A stretch of 64,000 nucleotides of DNA from an uncultured virus (IMG/VR IMGVR_UViG_3300032073_000001) (lineage: Duplodnaviria; Heunggongvirae; Uroviricota; Caudoviricetes), in IMG/VR virus record IMGVR_UViG_3300032073_000001; one strand, 5' to 3'. The notes under the pieces are model-generated. The model made no database searches, was not told where the DNA came from, and was given only the letters and a program-made list of their open reading frames with translations. Numbering within the stretch: the first letter of the stretch is position 1; the number at the start of each line of letters is the position of its first letter. The position numbers and the translations under genes were made by a program. Positions 58,669 through 64,000 of the stretch are shown here, piece after piece.

Positions 58669-58936
58669 TTTCCCATTCCTCTAGTTTTTTAAGTTCTCGA
58701 TCTACAATTTTTTCTAGATCTTCTACATCGGGTAACATATCCCAATCTTCTTCGGTGGTGGAGCTGACAGGGGTCGAACCTGCGACCTCATCCGTGCAAG
58801 GGACGCGCTCTCCCAACTGAGCTACAGCCCCACGTTTTTTCTTTCCAAATATTCTATCCCAATTATCTGCATATTTGTTTTCATCAGATTTTCTTCGTTT
58901 AGAACCTTTTCCTCCATGCCATTGATCAGTCATCAT
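58652..58936 (-). CDS. Small conserved protein (WHGGKGS motif) whose frame reads through tRNA-Ala
   Basis: 94-aa open frame coupled to the SET gene and groES; the middle ~25 codons are the tRNA. Confidence 0.55.
   Translation of the reverse strand: MMTDQWHGGKGSKRRKSDENKYADNWDRIFGKKKRGAVAQLGERVPCTDEVAGSTPVSSTTEEDWDMLPDVEDLEKIVDRELKKLEEWENENKT
58756..58831 (-). tRNA. trnA: tRNA-Ala (anticodon UGC)
   Basis: 76 nt GGGGCTGTAGCTCAGTTGGGAGAGCG...CTTGCAC...GGTTCGACCC...CAGCTCCACCA; G3:U70 alanine identity pair, encoded CCA. Confidence 0.96.
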
Positions 58937-59246
58937 ATTCTGGTAGTTGATAATAAACTACGACTTCTTCCTCAGCTTTGATATTTCTAATAGCGAACAT
59001 TTCTCTTTGCCATCCAAGATCATGATCTTGATTCCAATAGATCCATGCATTTGGTGTTTCTGAGTGATTTACAAAACCTCCTAATGGTGTTCTTATCCAT
59101 TCAGATCGTTGTATTTCCCATACGTGAGATATACCTAAAAAAGTTCCTGCAGGAATAGTTTCGGTTGCAACTAATCCTAAACCATGACTTGCTGGTTGTA
59201 TTGTAAGATCATGCCTTAAAGGCGTATAAGTACCTTCGAAATTCAT
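58926..59246 (-). CDS. SET-domain protein (putative lysine methyltransferase)
   Basis: HGLGLVA...I..G, GFVNHS..PN, A.RNI...EE....Y SET motifs. Confidence 0.85.
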   Translation of the reverse strand: MNFEGTYTPLRHDLTIQPASHGLGLVATETIPAGTFLGISHVWEIQRSEWIRTPLGGFVNHSETPNAWIYWNQDHDLGWQREMFAIRNIKAEEEVVVYYQLPEYDD

Positions 59247-59365
59247 AATTTAACTCCTGCTCTTCGAGCATCAATAATTCTGCCTTTCTCACGGATCTCT
59301 TTAGATCTATCAGAAATGGGTTTTAGCATCCAAGCGTATTCTTTAGGCTTCTTCTTTTGTGACAT
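59243..59365 (-). CDS. Small basic protein (40 aa)
   Basis: MSQKKKPKEYAWMLKP...; ATGA overlap with the SET gene; not in track. Confidence 0.45.
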   Translation of the reverse strand: MSQKKKPKEYAWMLKPISDRSKEIREKGRIIDARRAGVKL

Positions 59366-59558
59366 AAACAATATTAACTCCTCTCCTCACAAGTTCATTC
59401 CGTATCTTTTGCTTTCTTTTTGGAGTAGTATTGTTTGCATTGAGAGCATCGAATAATTCATTTTGTGAAATATTCTTTATATAATAATTAGTAGTTGTAG
59501 CTTTCGCTTCTCCTCTTAATCTTTGTGTAACTGATGGTTTAAATTTTATAGGGGGCAT
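59343..59558 (-). CDS. Conserved hypothetical protein
   Basis: 71 aa, MPPIKFKPS...PK.KQK.RNELVRRG. Confidence 0.7.
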   Translation of the reverse strand: MPPIKFKPSVTQRLRGEAKATTTNYYIKNISQNELFDALNANNTTPKRKQKIRNELVRRGVNIVYVTKEEA

Positions 59559-59559
59559 A

Positions 59560-60171
59560 TCACTTCACCGTTGAAATGCTGCCACTTTTGTTTACTCTAT
59601 ATGCTTCAAATGTTATATGTGGATATTCATCCTTAAGTGATGTTAAAGCTAATAGATTTTCCATGGCATCATCGAATAATCTTATTCTTGTATATAATCC
59701 AGTATCTAGATATTTTCTAAATACCACTTCTTTGTTTTTTGCAGAACTATCTAATCCGATATTTCCTGCCCTTTCGACATAAACATTGCTCATGTCGATT
59801 CCTTGTGCTTCAAAAGTTTTTATGAATAGATCTCTGTCATCCATATCTCCTCTTGCGGTAACAACGATTACTTTGGAACCTTTCTTCGTTGCATTTTTTA
59901 TAATGATTTTTGCTTTTGCAATCATCTTACCAATTGGTGTAGATGTCTTATAAAAAATCTCAGCAGACTTAAATTGACCAAAGTCAAATGTTTCGCCTTT
60001 TTGCAATTTATATGTATTAAATTGTACGTTATTTAACTGTTTAATTATCTTACCGTTACGTAATACACCTATTTTTGCTTTAGTATGAAAGAGAGTTTCA
60101 TCAATATCAAAAATAGTAAGCCCCTTTCCAGCGGCTGCCTCGATGATATATTCTATGAGTTCTCTTTTCAT
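59560..60171 (-). CDS. HAD-superfamily hydrolase (late gene)
   Basis: IFDIDETL, VTAR, K, LFDD...NL motifs I-IV. Confidence 0.85.
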   Translation of the reverse strand: MKRELIEYIIEAAAGKGLTIFDIDETLFHTKAKIGVLRNGKIIKQLNNVQFNTYKLQKGETFDFGQFKSAEIFYKTSTPIGKMIAKAKIIIKNATKKGSKVIVVTARGDMDDRDLFIKTFEAQGIDMSNVYVERAGNIGLDSSAKNKEVVFRKYLDTGLYTRIRLFDDAMENLLALTSLKDEYPHITFEAYRVNKSGSISTVK

Positions 60172-60176
60172 AGATC

Positions 60177-60184
60177 TATTTATA
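60177..60184 (-). promoter_or_regulatory. T4-type late promoter TATAAATA
   Basis: Exact consensus, 5 nt upstream of ATG at 60171. Confidence 0.85.
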
Positions 60185-60398
60185 TACGTAAATCTTTTAG
60201 AACGAAATAACTCTCAAGCGTATGTAATTTATCTTCTGCTTCAGCAATTTTAGTAATCTCTAGATCAATAGTTTCAATAACATTTGGATGTTCTCCAACT
60301 CCTACTGAGTTTTGTAAATAGATTTCTACATTTGCTTGAGAAGTTTTAATAATACCTTTGTAATGTGCTTTTAGTGCATCAATTAATATATTTCTCAT
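60180..60398 (-). CDS. Conserved small T4-like phage protein
   Basis: AL..HY.G.I....ANVE.YL.N.VGVGEHP..IE; likely start MRNIL after GGAG RBS. Confidence 0.75.
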   Translation of the reverse strand: MRNILIDALKAHYKGIIKTSQANVEIYLQNSVGVGEHPNVIETIDLEITKIAEAEDKLHTLESYFVLKDLRI

Positions 60399-60399
60399 T

Positions 60400-61062
60400 T
60401 TATCTCCCAAATAATTTTCTTCGTTTAAATTCGTTAATCACTTTGATTAACCCGCGTGTCCAATTATCACGATGTTCAATAAACACCTGAGGTCCTGTAT
60501 CACCCGCAATACAAATAACTAATTGCGTAATTGGTTGTCCAGTTCTTTCTTCCCACATAATAGCATATGCTGCTGCTTGCATAAAGTAAGAGTGAATCCA
60601 TTCTTTTTTCTTAAACTTTTTAGATGTTTTCCAATCTATAATAGAAGTTTTACCTTCCCATTCACCAACACAATCTACTGTACCAGCTACTCCTAAATGT
60701 GATGAAAACATTCGTTTTTCTGTTGCATAAACCTTTGATAATTTATCTTCAATAATAGGTTTAATTTCTTTAAAATTTTGTAATGCTAAAAGATTCTTTG
60801 TTTCTTTAATTTCTCCTAAAACAAAAGCTTCAATCATATCATGAACTTCTGTACCTTTGCCTGAAGCTTGACGTGATATTCTATTAGCTTCTTCTTCTCC
60901 AACTCGAGCTCTCCATTTCTGAATACTTTCTTCGCTTAATATAGATAATACGTTTGTAATACTATAATAACGATTAGTTTCTGGATCTTCATACCATCTA
61001 CCTGATTCGTGGTTAACTTGTTTTAAACCATAATCTTCGGTATTTAGTGCTAATTCAATCAT
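60400..61062 (-). CDS. PD-(D/E)xK exonuclease (Cas4/RecB-like)
   Basis: GR.Y..P....Y.SIT.VL, W..RVG.EEA, GT..H, AG.VDC, IIDWKTS, Q..AYA. Confidence 0.88.
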   Translation of the reverse strand: MIELALNTEDYGLKQVNHESGRWYEDPETNRYYSITNVLSILSEESIQKWRARVGEEEANRISRQASGKGTEVHDMIEAFVLGEIKETKNLLALQNFKEIKPIIEDKLSKVYATEKRMFSSHLGVAGTVDCVGEWEGKTSIIDWKTSKKFKKKEWIHSYFMQAAAYAIMWEERTGQPITQLVICIAGDTGPQVFIEHRDNWTRGLIKVINEFKRRKLFGR

Positions 61063-61304
61063 TTTGTTTTTATATTTCCTTTTAATCGTGGAGGTAAACC
61101 ACTCTTAATTCTATCTTGGACTTCTTTCCATCCACTTCCAGCTTGTCTGAGAGTTGCACCTTCAGTACCAGTAATGTGATTTGGAACTCCTATTTGTTGT
61201 TGCAAATTAGGATTTTCTTCTTTAAATTTATCAAGATCTTTGTAACTCATAGTATACTCAGTTACTTCACCTGTTTCTAAATCTTTAAAATCATATCGAG
61301 GCAT
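61059..61304 (-). CDS. FmdB-like small protein
   Basis: MP.YDF....TGE..E..M........NP pattern. Confidence 0.65.
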   Translation of the reverse strand: MPRYDFKDLETGEVTEYTMSYKDLDKFKEENPNLQQQIGVPNHITGTEGATLRQAGSGWKEVQDRIKSGLPPRLKGNIKTK

Positions 61305-61842
61305 TAAACCACTCCGGTTGTGGGCGTTTTGTCCACGCCATTTTAAATCGTTCTTGTTTTGTCATATAAAAATTTCTATATGATTCTACTGCATCTTCAG
61401 TTATACATTGTGGAAATGAAGCCATTGCTAATTTGAATGGAGTCATTTTTTTAACAGGTATATTGTGAGGCAATTTCGATAAAGCTTTTCTAAGCTTACT
61501 ATCTGTGCTATGCACTTTACCATATCTATACGTATATTCGTCGCATAGAGCAGCAAAATGTACGTAATGCCACCTGTAATTATGCATAGATTCTCGTGTC
61601 CATACTGTAGAAGGATGGTTGAAATGACATGCTTTGTATAGCAAATCTTCTCTTTCATCTTCTAAGTAAAAGTATTGTAACATAGAACCAGACTTTGAAG
61701 GTCTACGTTCCATTGTGCCATCAACCATACGATGCACAGTTGAAAGCATTTGTGCTGATTCGACTACCATTTTGACAACATGTTTATCACATTGCATTTG
61801 GGCTGCTATCACGGGATCATTATCTAAAATAAATATATTCAT
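61291..61842 (-). CDS. denV: Pyrimidine-dimer DNA glycosylase (DenV-like family)
   Basis: MNIFILD.DP..AAQ..CDKHVVKM..ESAQMLST, HPS..W, L..EY..RYGK.H, YR.FY. Confidence 0.8.
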   Translation of the reverse strand: MNIFILDNDPVIAAQMQCDKHVVKMVVESAQMLSTVHRMVDGTMERRPSKSGSMLQYFYLEDEREDLLYKACHFNHPSTVWTRESMHNYRWHYVHFAALCDEYTYRYGKVHSTDSKLRKALSKLPHNIPVKKMTPFKLAMASFPQCITEDAVESYRNFYMTKQERFKMAWTKRPQPEWFNASI

Positions 61843-61849
61843 AGGGCCT

Positions 61850-61883
61850 ATTATACCACACTTTCATAATAAAGTACATGCTT
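61850..61883 (-). promoter_or_regulatory. Early promoter AAGCA-TGTACT-N17-TATAAT
   Basis: -10 at 61850-61855, -35 at 61873-61878; ATG follows 7 nt after the -10. Confidence 0.82.
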
Positions 61884-61898
61884 ATCTCTAAAAGATTA

Positions 61899-61920
61899 TC
61901 CCAGATCTGCAGATCTGGGA
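61899..61920 (-). terminator. Perfect 22-bp palindrome, probable terminator hairpin
   Basis: TCCCAGATCTGCAGATCTGGGA followed on the minus strand by TAATCTTTT. Confidence 0.6.
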
Positions 61921-62011
61921 CAACCAAAGTTTTTTGTTAGTAATCCTCCTTCTATAAAATAAGTTAAAAAACAAATCATATATTATTGGTGATCACCTCC
62001 TTAGAGATATT

Positions 62012-62494
62012 TTATTTTTCTACAGCTGCCTGTTCTTTCACTTCAGGTGCTGTAACCGTTTTGATAAGATCTGGAAATGTATCTTGTACTAACTTAAGCG
62101 TTACTCCTTTATATCTTCCAGTAAGTTTCTTATCTTTCATTGCCAATACTAGTTCCGCTTCATTTTTATGAAGAGATTCTAATACTTCAATGAACATACT
62201 TTCACGTTTGACAGAAGTAAGCTTATCGCCTCTTCCGCCTTTCATGAAATATTTGCCAAACCTAGGTTGTAATTTATACAAATTGTTTGGTTCAAATCCT
62301 TTTGGAGCGTCATCTTGCTTGTATGGTGGTTCACCTTTAGGTAAATTCCACTGTACAGAATCATCAAATCCGCCCTTTAAAATTGTGATTAGTGCAACCG
62401 AATAGTTGTCTTTTAGATATTCTCTTCTAGCTTCTTGAGAATCGAGCTTAGCTGCTCCCTCAAGAATTTCTGAGATCATTTTCTTTTTAGCCAT
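62012..62494 (-). CDS. Conserved T4-like phage protein
   Basis: FD.SV.W.LP.G.PPY, KRE.MFI..LE.LH..EA.L....KDK; likely start MAKKK after GGAGG. Confidence 0.8.
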   Translation of the reverse strand: MAKKKMISEILEGAAKLDSQEARREYLKDNYSVALITILKGGFDDSVQWNLPKGEPPYKQDDAPKGFEPNNLYKLQPRFGKYFMKGGRGDKLTSVKRESMFIEVLESLHKNEAELVLAMKDKKLTGRYKGVTLKLVQDTFPDLIKTVTAPEVKEQAAVEK

Positions 62495-63350
62495 TGTAAA
62501 ATTCCTCCACTGATTCAATCAAATTATTACATCTGTTTTTAACTAAATAATTTAAAACCTTCATACGCATTGCTGGTTTTTGGTTGTTATAATTATCTAT
62601 AATACTTTGAAACCTATCTGAAGGAATATCGTGCAAATCTATCAAAGTTTTATTTCTTTGAAAGTTTCTAAATTCTTCTGTGGTCATTACTTCGTCTAAT
62701 TTATCGGCATTGTGTGCAAAATGTTCAATCTTCTTTGCTGTCATAGGAGATTGCCTAATTTCGTCCACAAAGGTATTATCACCAGATAATATATTAGGTA
62801 TACCATCACCTTTATCTCCTTTTAATATATGTTCAAAGAGATATTTGCGTGGGTTTGGATCGGAAACCGCTTTCTTTTGTATTGGAGAAAACTGTTTTAC
62901 GTTCGAATATCTTTGTAATTGTATAAAATCTTTATCAGAAGATATAATCATGATTGGTTCATTTTTACCAAACTCTTGTGAGTCTATTGTAAGTGCACCT
63001 ATAACATCATCTGCTTCACAACCTTCCATATGTACTACTTTATATGGAAAATGATTTGCTAAATCTTCTCTGATTTGATTTAATACTCTAAATATTTCAT
63101 TCCAATCTAAGTTGGATTCTGTTCTGTTTTTCTTTCGTGCAGCTTTATATTGTGGGAAATATTCTTTTCTCCACGTATTAAAACCATCTGTGCATATAAC
63201 CATTTGGCCATATTCATCACGATATTTTTTATTATACATACGAATACTGTTTAGTATCATATGTCGTATTAGCTCTTCGCTATCTACTTTTTGCACTATT
63301 ATATTACTTAGTGCTATTTGGCTATAATCAAGCAAAATCATTTGGATCAT
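62487..63350 (-). CDS. rnh: T4-type RNase H / 5'-3' exonuclease
   Basis: LLDYSQ, WRK..FP.YK..R, EADDVI, SSDKDF.QL, GD.GDGIPNILS. Confidence 0.95.
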   Translation of the reverse strand: MIQMILLDYSQIALSNIIVQKVDSEELIRHMILNSIRMYNKKYRDEYGQMVICTDGFNTWRKEYFPQYKAARKKNRTESNLDWNEIFRVLNQIREDLANHFPYKVVHMEGCEADDVIGALTIDSQEFGKNEPIMIISSDKDFIQLQRYSNVKQFSPIQKKAVSDPNPRKYLFEHILKGDKGDGIPNILSGDNTFVDEIRQSPMTAKKIEHFAHNADKLDEVMTTEEFRNFQRNKTLIDLHDIPSDRFQSIIDNYNNQKPAMRMKVLNYLVKNRCNNLIESVEEFYNG

Positions 63351-63726
63351 CCTCAGGTTCGTTAAATATGTCAGAAAGATCTATATTTTTTTGATCAGCA
63401 TATTCGAGTACTTTTAATTTACCATACACCGTTGCCAAATCATCTTGTAATACATGATCAATCTCTGCAGATCTCATAAACGTTGCAACTAACATATTTA
63501 GTATAACATATAAGTCTTTATAAGTATCACTATCAGGATTTTGTATATCCATGTTATCTGATAAAGGACTCCAATCTTGTTGTTCGATTGTTTCTTGTAT
63601 AATATGCATTGCAAATCTAGCTAACTCAATTGAGTCTTCTTGTAGATTTTTTCGTTCCAATACTCGTTCTGTCATATTTTCAGACATACGATCTGGGAAT
63701 TGAATTATGTTACTTTTTTTCTGCAT
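63328..63726 (-). CDS. Hypothetical protein
   Basis: 132 aa with SNIIQFP start motif; early promoter immediately upstream. Confidence 0.75.
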   Translation of the reverse strand: MQKKSNIIQFPDRMSENMTERVLERKNLQEDSIELARFAMHIIQETIEQQDWSPLSDNMDIQNPDSDTYKDLYVILNMLVATFMRSAEIDHVLQDDLATVYGKLKVLEYADQKNIDLSDIFNEPEDDPNDFA

Positions 63727-63733
63727 TTGGTAT

Positions 63734-63768
63734 ATTATACCATACTTTCTAATGTTTGTACATGCTTT
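63734..63768 (-). promoter_or_regulatory. Early promoter AAGCA-TGTACA-N17-TATAAT
   Basis: -10 at 63734-63739, -35 at 63757-63762; ATG follows 7 nt after the -10. Confidence 0.82.
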
Positions 63769-64000
63769 ATTTAATTAAATGCTTAACAGAATTAGACCCA
63801 ATACGACAATTGACAATACCATTATAATAATCATCTGATAATAATACGTCGTGTTCGAATTGAAGTTTTGTTTCCATGTATGCACACTCGCCCTTAGTCT
63901 TACAGAATACCAAAATTTCGCGATAGAAATTCTCAATACCCATTTTTTCCACGTCTTCCGTAAGGTGTCTACTAGACCCATAATAATCTCTCCAGTCAGA
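63767..64000 (-). CDS. GIY-YIG/Seg-like conserved protein (3' part; runs off window end)
   Basis: SDWRDYYGSS..L..D....G..NF.REIL......GE..Y.E...Q....VL....YYN. Confidence 0.7.
   Translation of the reverse strand, partial: SDWRDYYGSSRHLTEDVEKMGIENFYREILVFCKTKGECAYMETKLQFEHDVLLSDDYYNGIVNCRIGSNSVKHLIK

Noticed and set aside
58756..58831. tRNA as prophage attachment site, with flanking genes as host DNA
   Set aside because: No integrase or duplicated tRNA end; T4-type promoters and genes continue on both sides, so iscU, csgG and rimK are phage-borne
60400..61062. Cas4 as evidence of a CRISPR-Cas system
   Set aside because: Common stand-alone phage PD-(D/E)xK exonuclease; no Fe-S cysteine set, other cas genes or array

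Overview
A 64 kb piece of an AT-rich T4-like myophage genome, probably aquatic or marine. From left to right it holds (1) a ~24 kb array of tail fibre and virion structural genes; (2) the baseplate, head-completion and tail-initiation module (gp8, gp7, gp6, gp25, gp5, gp27-like, gp53, gp48, gp4, gp2, gp54, gp26, gp51, tape measure); (3) gp32, gp59, gp33 and a peroxiredoxin; (4) early cassettes of small genes behind a repeated AAGCATGTAC(A/T)-N17-TATAAT promoter; (5) a late, tightly coupled curli-like secretion operon (two membrane proteins, CsgF, CsgG, two curlin-like repeat proteins, a FecR-domain protein, two microproteins, and a CHASE2 adenylate/guanylate cyclase); (6) IscA, IscU, lysozyme, a RimK-protease fusion, GroES, tRNA-Ala and a SET-domain protein; and (7) nucleases, a DenV-like glycosylase and RNase H. 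The main leads are the curli/FecR/cyclase module, a likely programmed -1 frameshift fusing gp26 to gp51, systematic leaderless late and early mRNAs, a tRNA nested in-frame in an ORF, two candidate SD/anti-SD regulatory RNAs, and an antisense early promoter with a compositional anomaly near gp5 (candidate origin). All calls come from reading motifs by eye; no searches were run.
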